DNA of 63,803 bases, filler included, from Octopus bimaculoides (lineage: Eukaryota): the NCBI RefSeq assembly GCF_001194135.2. It is 5 parts of 5 records of this genome, joined end to end, with 100 filler letters (N's around TTAATTAATTAA, not from the genome) between each part and the next. Parts side by side here need not be neighbours in the genome. Positions count along the whole stretch, not along the records: positions 31,521 to 55,689 come from NC_069005.1; 4 more parts are not named here. One strand, 5' to 3'. The notes under the pieces were generated by a model, which was not told where the DNA came from, did not search any database, and was given only the letters and a program-made list of their open reading frames with translations. Below, in pieces: positions 39,015 through 49,445 of this stretch. Within the stretch, counting starts at the first letter, position 1; the number at the start of each line of letters is the position of its first letter. A program made the translations under genes and the position numbers.

Positions 39015-39615
39015 CAAATTTTGGCACAAGACCAGCAGTTTCAGGGGAAGGGCTAAGTAGATTAGATCGACCCCATTGCTCTACTGGTACTTATTTTATC
39101 GACCCCAAAAGGTTGAATGATAAAGTCGACTTCGGCGGAAATTGAACTCGGGACGTAAAGACGGACGAAATGCCGCTAAGCATTTTGTTCAGCGTGCTAA
39201 CGATTCTGCAGCTTGCCACTTTAATGATAATAATAATAATAATAGTTTCAAATTTTTGCACAAGGCCATCAATTTCGGGGGAGTGGGTAAGTCGATGAGA
39301 TCGATCCCCGTGCTTAACTGACACTTTTTTTTTTTATCGACTCCGAAAGGATGAAAGGCGAAGTCGACATCGCTAAGCACTTTGATCGGCATGCTAACGA
39401 TTCTGCCAGCTTGTCATTGCACCGGCCTCAATAAACTACTGCACTCTATTACGTTGTTTGTATTGAGTGTTTCATCTTCCGATCATTATTTAGCTTGTGT
39501 GCGTGTATGTGTGTGTTTTGGTTTCAATTTTTGGCACAATTTCGGAGGAGGGAGTAAGTCGATTACATTGATCAGTGGTACTTATTTTATCGACCCTAAC
39601 GCATTTGAACTCAGA
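39015..39615 (-). mobile_element. Head-to-tail array of three family B SINEs
   Basis: Repeated ATCGACCCCGAAAGGATGAAAGGCAAAGTCGAC blocks separated by (TAA)n. Confidence 0.8.
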
Positions 39616-40154
39616 ACAATTCAGTTTTTCCAGAATATCCTATGTATAAATAAAAATCTTGTTTACATAGCTCTGAATTTCTGTGTGTGTGTGTATGCGA
39701 GAGAGAGAGATTGACAAATATATATATATATATATATATATTGACCGATAGATTAGGCAGTATAGATAAACATACATAAAGGGAAAGCATGTAACAGATG
39801 ATCGAAACGACTGTTAGAGGGTGAGCATTTCGTCCTGTAGAGAGAGAGAGAGAGAGAGATATCCTGATTCAACAAAACATGAATTATTCCGGATCTATTG
39901 TTGTTCAGAAATTATCATCATTGTTATTAATTATTCACTGTTGTTATCAGGTTAACCGGTTAGTTGTTCTCATTGGTATCTCTGTATGAGTATGTGTTAA
40001 CATTGTGTGTGTGTATGCGTGCGCGTGTGTACTTGACAAGAAGTGGTTTTATAGGACTTGTTCTGTTGCATTCTTGGAATTCAACAGAACTAGACTTGTA
40101 CAAGTCACTTATCATTAAACATGTCAAAATAGCCTCTACTTGATATTATTCTTT

Positions 40155-40558
40155 TCTACACAAGGCCCGAAATTTTGAGGGAGGGGACCAGTCGATTAGA
40201 TCGGCTCCAGTACGCAACTGGTACTTAATTTATCGACCCCGAAAGGATGAAAGGCAAAGTCGACTTCGGCGGAATTTGAATTCAGAACGTAAAGACGGAC
40301 GAAATACCGCTAAGCATTTCGCTCGGCTTGCTAACGTTTCTTATTTCTTTATTGCCCATAGAGGGGACAAACAAGGACAGACAAAGGGATTAAGTCGATT
40401 ACATCGACCCCAGTGCGTAGCTGGTACTTAATTTATCGACCCCGAAAGGATGAAAGGCAAAGTCGACCTCGGCGGAATTTGAACTCAGAACGTAACGACA
40501 GACGAAATACCGCTAAGCATTTCGCCCGGCTTGCTAACGTTTCTGCCAGCTCGCCACC
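40155..40558 (-). mobile_element. Two young tandem family B SINEs with CpGs intact and different 3' tails
   Basis: Near-identical cores at 40220-40335 and 40420-40540. Confidence 0.9.
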
Positions 40559-40674
40559 TTTCTACTTGATATTATTGAGTAGCTTTCTGCTTTCCTCCGT
40601 TTTTTTGTCTTAATTTTCATTATCTAAATCACCAACTACAATTATGTGTGTGACCATCTCAGCATCATACTAGA

Positions 40675-40850
40675 TGTATATGCATTGTTGATAGGCGAGT
40701 TCCTGCAGTATTTGTTCTGAGATAACATCTGTGGACTTGCTGTGTTAAAAGCACAATAAATATCGGAGGCGTCTTTTTAACACAAGCCCATAATAGATGG
40801 TATCTCTGGACAAATATTGCAGTAACAGGCGTATCGATAGTGCATATACA
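40675..40850. mobile_element. Palindromic MITE-like foldback (arms of about 80 bp, about 75-80% complementary)
   Basis: TGTATATGCATTGTTGATAGG...TGTGTTAAAAG pairs with CTTTTTAACACA...CGATAGTGCATATACA around a loop of about 16-20 nt. Confidence 0.75.
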
Positions 40851-40950
40851 TTAAGTATGATACATGGACGGCTGTTTTTATTTAACAATGCTTCAGTTGC
40901 GTATACCGGGGACGGACACACACGTACGTGTGTATGTATATGTGTATAGA

Positions 40951-40983
<33 letters not shown>

Positions 40984-42974
40984 CAGAAGCAATAAAGGGA
41001 CGAAAGTTTCGTGTGTTAGCACTTATATATGATGAACTCTCCTACTGTAGGGAACAGATGAGAGTTCCTCAGTTTTTTGTTGAACAACCTGCTCAGATGT
41101 GATCAAATGTTTGTGCTGTACATTAGCTCACACCCTTCATCAAATTGACATTGCCTGTACACGCCAGATGTCGAAGTGCTAGCAGAACAGCGTGAGATGA
41201 AGTGTATTTTTGCTCAAGAACACAACACATCGGCGACTCTGGGAATCGAAACCACCATTTGCAATTGTGGGTGCAACACCCTAACTATTAAGCCACGCAT
41301 CCTCACATACAGACATGCATGCACGCTTATATGTCTTTTTTTATTATAGGTACAAGGCCTGATTTTTTTTTTGTGGGGACCTAGTCGATTAGATCGGATC
41401 CAGTACGCAACTGGTACTTAATTTATCGACCCCGAAAGGATGAAAGGCAAAGTCGACCTCGGCAGAATTTGAACTTAGAACGTCAAGATGGACGAAATAC
41501 TTCTAAGCATTTTTATCCGTCGTGCTAACGATTCTGCCAGCTCGCCACGTATATATAATCAATATTTAAGCATTTATTACTAAGTTCGTGTTTAGTTTGC
41601 TTTTGTAGCTTCACTACCACCATCACTGCAATCATCATCGAGTCCTAGTTTCCTATGAATTTCGCTGTCATGCCCTTCCAGGTTTAACAGTAAATCTACA
41701 GAAACCTTCCAAAATGAATCTTCATCATTTTCGTTATGTTGCTGTGTAGTCTCGGTTACACAACTCCGAGTGTGCAGATCTATGATCAAACGAAACTCCG
41801 CTTTGACTATCACGTCTTACGATTCTTTTTCTTTTCTGTTTTTGAAGATTGAAGGTTGCGGATCTGACGGCGATTCGACGACTGTTTCTAAGCTCGTTCA
41901 AGCGACTGTTTAGAACAAGACATCAACAACTTTTTGTAATCNNNNNNNNNNNNNNNNNNNNNNNNNNNNNNNNNNNNNNNNNNNNNNNNNNNNNNNNNNN
42001 NNNNNNNNNNNNNNNNNNNNNNNNNNNNNNNNNNNNNNNNNNNNNNNNNNNNNNNNNNNNNNNNNNNNNNNNNNNNNNNNNNNNNNNNNNNNNNNNNNNN
42101 NNNNNNNNNNNNNNNNNNNNNNNNNNNNNNNNNNNNNNNNNNNNNNNNNNNNNNNNNNNNNNNNNNNNNNNNNNNNNNNNNNNNNNNNNNNNNNNNNNNN
42201 NNNNNNNNNNNNNNNNNNNNNNNNNNNNNNNNNNNNNNNNNNNNNNNNNNNNNNNNNNNNNNNNNNNNNNNNNNNNNNNNNNNNNNNNNNNNNNNNNNNN
42301 NNNNNNNNNNNNNNNNNNNNNNNNNNNNNNNNNNNNNNNNNNNNNNNNNNNNNNNNNNNNNNNNNNNNNNNNNNNNNNNNNNNNNNNNNNNNNNNNNNNN
42401 NNNNNNNNNNNNNNNNNNNNNNNNNNNNNNNNNNNNNNNNNNNNNNNNNNNNNNNNNNNNNNNNNNNNNNNNNNNNNNNNNNNNNNNNNNNNNNNNNNNN
42501 NNNNNNNNNNNNNNNNNNNNNNNNNNNNNNNNNNNNNNNNNNNNNNNNNNNNNNNNNNNNNNNNNNNNNNNNNNNNNNNNNNNNNNNNNNNNNNNNNNNN
42601 NNNNNNNNNNNNNNNNNNNNNNNNNNNNNNNNNNNNNNNNNNNNNNNNNNNNNNNNNNNNNNNNNNNNNNNNNNNNNNNNNNNNNNTAATACAGAACCGA
42701 CTGGTATATAACATAGTTCTCATGTGTTTTGTTTTGTTGATTAATCTCTTCCCTGTGTGTGTGTGTGTGTTTTAACTTGTTGCTGGTAGGGGTTAGGGCG
42801 ATTAAGAAGGGGATCGATTTTATTTTCCTTCTTTTGTTTTCCCCCGCCCCTCCTCTCACTCTTCGTTAACTGCATTTCGATTTGTTTCCATAGGAAGGAA
42901 ATTGAGAGAAAAGAGGAATGTTAAGTTACTTGAATGTTTTCGTTTATTTGAAACGAACCCCAGCATTTAGCGCA

Positions 42975-43014
<40 letters not shown>

Positions 43015-43299
43015 AGACTTTATATAATTGTTCTTTCAGTGTACCTGCTTAATTTAAGTAATACTCCTAAATATCCCTTCACATGTAACTTTACTATCTC
43101 ACCATTAGATAATACAACGCAGCATAAATGCAGTCTTAACTCTTAAAAGGCAGATGGTGACAGTTGCATTACTAAGATCGTAGGGCTGTATGCTCAATCA
43201 GAGTATACTGGAAGTTTGACAAAAATGGGAATGCCAATCAGATAGCGTCTATTTGGTAGCTCTACCACTATAGAAATCTCTCACTCATCTCATACTCTA

Positions 43300-43720
43300 A
43301 TGTCTTTCAAAGTGTACAACAAATTTCTCAGAAATCACACCCTGTTGTGCTCATAGCATAGACAAATGACCTCAGAATCATACCCTAAGTTAAATAGCAC
43401 AGACAAATCTCCCTGAAATTACACCCTATTGTGTTCTTAGCACAAACAAATTTCCTTTTGATTTACAACCTATTGTCACAAATATCACAAACAAATTTTT
43501 AAATCACACCCTATTTGTGCTCAGGGCACAGACAAATGGCCTCCCTAAATCATAGCATGTTTTAAATAGCTCAGACAAATCTCAGAAATCAAACTCTAAT
43601 GTATTCATAATACAAACAAATGACCCCCACAAAATTGTCGCCTGTTTTAAATAACAGGAACAAATCTCCCTCAAATCATCTCCTGTTATGTTCATAGCAT
43701 GGTTAAATGGCCTAAAATCA
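43300..43720. repeat. Degenerate minisatellite of about 42 bp (about 10 units) derived from family E
   Basis: Unit approximately CACAGACAAATCTCCCTCAAATCACACCCTATTGTGCTCATAG. Its core is the reverse complement of the family E segment GTAGGGTGTGATTTGAGGGAGATTTG. Confidence 0.75.
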
Positions 43721-43769
43721 AGATTGAGAAGGAGCCTCCACTACAATATATATATATATATATATATAT

Positions 43770-44225
43770 GAGAAGGGATGACCACTAAGTGGACATCTAT
43801 TACGCTAGAGATAGACCATCTACGGTCAAACCACAAAAGAAAAGAATGTTCTCTAGGGAAATTCAGTGCACACCAGAACATGAACGGGCAAGACAAATGA
43901 AAATATACAAAATAAAGAATTAATCGTAGACCAGGTTTCGCACATTAATGGATTAATGTAATTTTTACTTACATAACCCATCCAAGGCTCATCAGTACAA
44001 CCGTTCGAATTCAATATAATTTGCAGAACAATACACGAATTGTCCACATAAAATTAGACATGAGTACAGTTCTACCGATTACATTGGAGTTATTTTCAAA
44101 AGTCCCAGCTCTAGCGTGCTAAATACCGGAAACAATTCTGCAGAAGATAATTCACTGCAGTAACCATTGCCAGTTAGAGAACATTATTAAAATTTAAATA
44201 AGGGTTAGGATTAGGGTATTTAAAT
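43770..44225 (-). mobile_element. Non-coding element of about 450 bp between (AT)n tracts, carrying HHR-2
   Basis: Bounded by (AT)n at 43746-43769 and about 44240-44255. Confidence 0.6.
43922..44002 (-). ncRNA. Type I hammerhead ribozyme with extended stem II (HHR-2)
   Basis: Minus strand: GGTTGTA-CTGATGA-GC[long hairpin including ATGTAA/TTACAT and GGAT/ATCC]GC-GAAA-C-CTG-GTC-TACGATT. Stem I has 7 bp with 3 G-U pairs; stem III is the quasi-palindrome ACCTGGT. Confidence 0.8.
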
Positions 44226-45016
44226 TTTAATTATTTAAATATATATATATATATAATCAGAGGCGACTCCAGGTCATCAGTGTCACTCGGGCTCATCACA
44301 GATTTCACATTTGACACATTCCTGCTCAAAGAATTTCATGTTTTTCCACTTTATTTCTAGCCCAAAATGGTATATCTAGCACTGTCTTTTTCCATTTCTA
44401 AGTTAAGGGTAAAAATAAAGCAACCCTGCAAAACGCAACTGATTTTTACACACAGACACACAGAATAACAGCAATCAAATAACGACAGCGGAATGCACAA
44501 CAAACATCAGTGATCTGACTGTTGCTTGTACTCAGTCTTTTACACTTGCCAGGCTTGTTCGTGTTAGCCCGAGTTACTAGATAATTTTTCATTCCTTTAA
44601 GAATATTGTAGAACAGAAACTTTTCGTAGATTGGAATTTAAATCTTAATCTCTACTGAAATTTATTGTTTCAAGAAAACATTGAATTTGAATTACTTTTA
44701 ATTTTTACAATTATAGATGACAACTTGGGCTGTCACTTCTGTGCCCGAGTCAGGTGTGTGTAGACAATGTCAAGAGAACGTCTGCTACGAATGATATTTT
44801 TTGACACAGAGCACCTCTAGGATGACCACCAGATGCTGAACAAAAATAAATGATCTGTGACTAGGCTCAATAAAAGGAGCCCAAGTTATAGGCTGCAATT
44901 ACATACTTGAAGTCAGTGTTGGCAGAAATTAAATCAGCTTGACTAAATTTATACTTGGGCTAAACCTGAACAGCCTGTGTGCCGGAGTTGCTGCTGATAT
45001 ATATATATATATATAA

Positions 45017-45350
45017 ATAGATGTGTGTATTTTGCCCTTGTTTACAATTAGCATGGAAAAAATAAATAAACAGTTACCAGGGTAGCAAAAAGTCACACAA
45101 GTAAAAAGGGCATAACACCTTGTTTTTACAAGTAGAAACTCCGGGTTTATGTGAAATATTTTGTATAATATATATATTTATATATCATGTTCTGTTAAAA
45201 TGTCTTATTGACGAGTTTTATTTCTTTATTTCCCTGAAGAGAAGATTACATTGTTTTACTCCATTTTATTCCTTTGGAATAATACCAATATCTTCGAAAC
45301 AGGTGTTGGAAGTAAAAGAATTTGAATAACACCTGTGTTTAACTCCATTT
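45017..45350 (+). mobile_element. Non-coding element of about 330 bp between (AT)n tracts, carrying HHR-3
   Basis: Bounded by (AT)n at about 44997-45016 and 45351-45378. Confidence 0.55.
45227..45314 (+). ncRNA. Type I hammerhead ribozyme with long loop II (HHR-3)
   Basis: Stem I TATTTCC/GGAAGTA; core CTGAAGA; stem II GAAGAT...ATCTTC; GAAA; C-AGGT-G; GTT triplet (cut after 45307). Confidence 0.75.
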
Positions 45351-46242
45351 GTATATATATATATATATATATATATATTACACTCATATACACATAGACC
45401 AATGTGATACAATTTAGCTTTAGGTAAGCTCTTATTGAATAGATCTGATAAAATGTTCCAGCAATGACCATCCTGTATTTTCACCAGGACCACATTTCCA
45501 ATGTCTGTTTTCAAGAAACTAGGATGTTACTTGAGAGATATTTGGTTGCTATTTGTAGTAAGTCAGGCTACCAAGGATGGGCTCTCATCGGCTTGGTATT
45601 CATAAATTGTTTTATAGTTGAGCTAAGTTGTCATTGTTTACTTTGGTGATAGGAAAAAAATAATGATCACCAGAAGTCTGTGAGATATGAAATTAGCTGA
45701 GGAGACAGCAGCACATTATAGGGTGTATACAGCAAGAGGCTGTGTGTAGTAGTTGGTTAACTGTATGTAGGTTCTGAATGAACAGACCTATGTTCAAAGA
45801 GAACTAAGAGAATGATCTATGCTGGAACAGCTATGACCATCCCATCAAATGTTTCCAGTTTACTTTATCTATTATAGGCACAGATGTAGGTGTGTGGCTA
45901 AGAAGTTTCCCACATGGTTTTAAGTTCAGTTCCACTACATGATATCTTGGGCAAGTGTCTTTCACTATAGCCCTGGGCAGACCAAAACTGAAAGAAGCCC
46001 ATTGTATACATGTATATGTTTGTATGTATATATGTATGTCCATGTGCATGAGTGTGAATATGTTTGTGTCTCCTTGTCTTGATGTTTTGTGATTGTTGTA
46101 AATGAATGTCATTAATTTCCAATATTCTGTGGAAACATGTCTGGTCATGGAGAAATATTAACTTTCTTGGAAACAGGTGAGGGTTAGTGACAGAAAAGGT
46201 ATGTGGCTGTAGAAAACCTGCCTCAATAGCATGAAAAAGTGA

Positions 46243-46456
46243 ACAGATTACTCAATTAAATGTAATGCTTATCTATTTACCTTGTTTTGAATTTATCACA
46301 CATTAACTTGTAGCTTTGAGATTTCAATGATGTGATTATTTATTTTTAGAATGACATTGTAGGGTAGGTGTGAGAGGCTAGATTTAACCAGTTTGAATAT
46401 AAAATGTATAGAATATTTGGGTCAGGAATGACTGGTTTAGATGCTAAAGAGTTAAG
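46243..46456 (+). mobile_element. TTAA-type (piggyBac-like) MITE, 5'-eroded copy
   Basis: Homologous to 47559-47764; ends ...ATGCTAAAGAGTTAA. Confidence 0.7.
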
Positions 46457-46719
46457 GCGGTAATGTAATTTGAAGGAAATTTGGTTGATATTTCAGTTTG
46501 TATGTGCATTACTGATTTAGTGGTAGAGTTTGTTTTTCTAGAAGATAAGTATTGAAACCAGTGTTTTGTGTGTGTTGTTCAAGGCAACCTTTGTGGCCCC
46601 CTACACACCCCAGGTCCCTACAAAAAATACAACATATTGGACAGTGATTCCCTCTGAACCTGCTGTACCCCTGCATTACCCCCTGCTCCACCACTGCTAT
46701 TTGAGCAAATATAGAGTAC

Positions 46720-47360
46720 AAAGGCACAAAGCCTGGAATTTTGGGGGAGATGACAAATTGATTCTATTGGCTCCAATACTTGGCTGGTACTTATTTTATG
46801 AGTCCTGAAAGGACAAAAGGCAAAATCAACCTCGTTGAACTTTGAACTCAGAATGTAAAGACAAACGAAATGCCACTAAGCATTTTGTTCAGTGTGCTAA
46901 AGGTTCTGCCAGCTTGCTACCTTAAGAATAATAATCCTTTCTACTAAAGGCACAAGGGAGGGGACTACTCCATTACATTAACCCCAATGTTACACTGGTA
47001 CTTAATTTATCAACCCCAAAAGGATGAAAGGCAAAGTTGACCTTGGCAGAATTTGAACTCAGAATGTAAAGACAGACGAAATGCTGCTAAGCATTTTGCC
47101 TGGCATGCTAATGATTCTGCCAGTTCATCATCCTAATAATAATAAAAATAATAATTCTTTCTACAATAGGTACAAGGTCTGAAATTTTGGGAGAGGGGGC
47201 TGATTGATTTCATTGATTCCAGTACTTGACTGGTACTTATTTTATTGACCCTGAAAGGATGAAATGCATAGTCAACCGCAGCAGAATTTGAGCTCAGAAT
47301 ATTAAGTTACATTAATAATTTTGTCTGGCATACTAATGATTCTGCTAGCTTGACGCCTTT
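46720..47360 (-). mobile_element. Head-to-tail array of three CpG-decayed family B SINEs
   Basis: Same core as 40155-40558 but with CG to TG/CA changes at most CpG sites. Confidence 0.85.
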
Positions 47361-47558
47361 GCATATTCAGTAGAAAATATCAAATGCAAATATATCTTAT
47401 ACTTAACATAATAGTTGTCTGTGACCAGTCTGAATTACAAAAGAATGTTGTAGATATTGGAAATGCTGCAGATATTGTTTGCTTGTTTGAATTACCTGTG
47501 AGATACTGCATCAGTCTACTCTATCTGTTGCAATTGCATTGCAGAACTCGGATCTCTA

Positions 47559-47764
47559 TTAACCCTTTAGTATTCAGATTTCTCTGTCAAATTGTTTTGA
47601 AATAATCATACATTATCTTGTAACGTTGATTTTGATGATGTGATTGTTTATTTTTTAGAATGACATTGTAGGGTAAATGTGAGAGGCTGAACCTAGCTGA
47701 TTTGTACATAAAACAGGTTGAATATTTGGGCTGGATAAAGCTGCTTTAAATGCTAAAGGATTAA
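47559..47764 (+). mobile_element. TTAA-flanked piggyBac-like MITE
   Basis: TTAA-CCCTTTAGTATTCA...TAAATGCTAAAGGA-TTAA: TTAA TSD with CCCTTTAG TIRs. Confidence 0.8.
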
Positions 47765-47789
47765 TGGTTTACTTGTCTATTCCTTGATG

Positions 47790-48350
47790 TTTTCTCCTTG
47801 AAGAAAAGACTTTACAAGACAACTGAATCTTGTTATGTGGCCATACTATCTCAGCTTTCTTTTTTTTACCCTTGTGAGGTCATCATCTAGACGAATGTGA
47901 TGTTAGATAGTTTTACAGACCTATAAAATGTTCCAAGTACAGGATACTAAAGATGTTGCAAGAGTACTCCATTTCCAACACATGTATCTTTCTCTGTATC
48001 TCTACTATAATGAGGGGGCCATGTCTTGTATGTCTACAGCAAAATGGAGAGTACTTGTCCATTCATGAGTCTGATCTTGCTGTTCATTATGATGTTCCTA
48101 TCTTTCCATAATGGCTTGAGTTTGGTCTGTGCAGTTCTTGCAAAGATTTCTTTGAACTACTGTATTATATCTTATTTCTTTCCATGTACAGAAATGTCTG
48201 CTGTGAAAATAGGTATCATTACCATTTGTCATGTGACTGCTTTTTCCCTTCACTGTTTTCTTTCTGTTCCAAACTTGGTGGAAACTCTATCAAAGTGGCT
48301 TAGTCAACCAGTTCATTCACCATTCCATCATTATTGACAGCATGTTTTTG
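47790..48350 (-). pseudogene. RTE-clade LINE RT C-terminal fragment
   Basis: RTAQTKLKPLWKDRNIIMNSKIRLMNGQVLSILL*TYKTW, with downstream KKRKLR*YGHITR...FLQG in shifted frames. Confidence 0.8.
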
Positions 48351-48789
48351 GTTTGCTGAAGACTTAAGAATTCGATATTACAACATCTTAGGTGGCGAGC
48401 TGGCAGAATTGTTAGCATGCTGGACATAATGCTTAGTGGTATTTCATGTCTTTATATTCTGAGTTCAAATTTTGCTGAGGTTAATTTTGCCTTTCATTCT
48501 TTCAGGGTCAATAAAATAAGTATAATTTGAGCAGTGGGTGTCAATGTAATTGATTAGTCCCCTCCCCCAGAATTTCAAACCTTGTTCCTATAGTAGAAAG
48601 GATATTACAAAATCTTAGCCATGTTATTTGGAAAGATGGACCAAGGTTCTCTTAAGTCACTTAGTTACTGAGCATTTTGTTACAATACTCGTATAGTAGA
48701 CTATTGTTTGCCAAATACCTGAGTTAGCTGGAACAGGTGTAGAACAAAAAGGATTGCTAACTCTAAAGATTATAAGGTGCATAATGTGT

Positions 48790-49445
48790 TTGTGTGTGGG
48801 TTTAGGCTCAGACATGGTTGTATAGTGAAGAAATTTGCTTCTTAAGAACATGATTTCAACATCTGTCCCACTTGGAAAGTGTCTTCATCAATAGCCCCAG
48901 GTCAAACAAAGCATTGTGAGTGGATTTGGCTGATGGAAACTGAAAGATGCCCATCAATCTGGAGTATTTCTTTGTAAACTGTTTGGTTAAACCTTGATGG
49001 TTTCTGATACTCTTTGAAGTAACCACTTTTATACAGTCGAAGATGATGATGCCCTGAATGATGCAGCTTTCTTCTTTTCGTTCTTTTCTTGTTTCAGTCA
49101 TTGGACTGCAACCATGCTTGACCACTACCTTGAAGGGTTCAGTTGAACAAATTGACCTCAATACTTACTTTTCTTTAAAGTTTGGTACTTATATCAACAC
49201 CTTTTTGCTGAACTGCTAAGTTATGAGGACATAAACAAACCAACACAGGTTGTCAACTGGTTGTGGGGGAGACAAACACACACAGACACACACATGTATA
49301 TCAATGGGCTTCTTTCAGTTACCATTTATCAAATTCACTCATAAGGCTTTTGTCAGCCTGGAGCTATAGTAAGACACTTGCCCAAGGTGCCTTGCAGTGG
49401 GACTGAACTCAGAATCATGTGGCTGGGAAGCAAACTTCTTGCCTG
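48790..49445. mobile_element. Convergent pair of family A SINEs (about 48790-48960 +, about 49065-49445 -)
   Basis: Family A motifs in opposite orientations. Confidence 0.75.

Noticed and set aside
40990-41035. Minus-strand GTG-CTAA-CACAC-GAAAC-TTTC-GTC next to (AT)n
   Set aside because: There is no CUGANGA box; this is only half a motif.
41592-41813. Protein-looking ORF (QHNENDEDSFWKVSVDLLLNLEGHDSEIHRKLGLDDD...)
   Set aside because: Its start lies inside a family E repeat, its acidic content derives from CAT/GAT micro-repeats, and I recognise no family.
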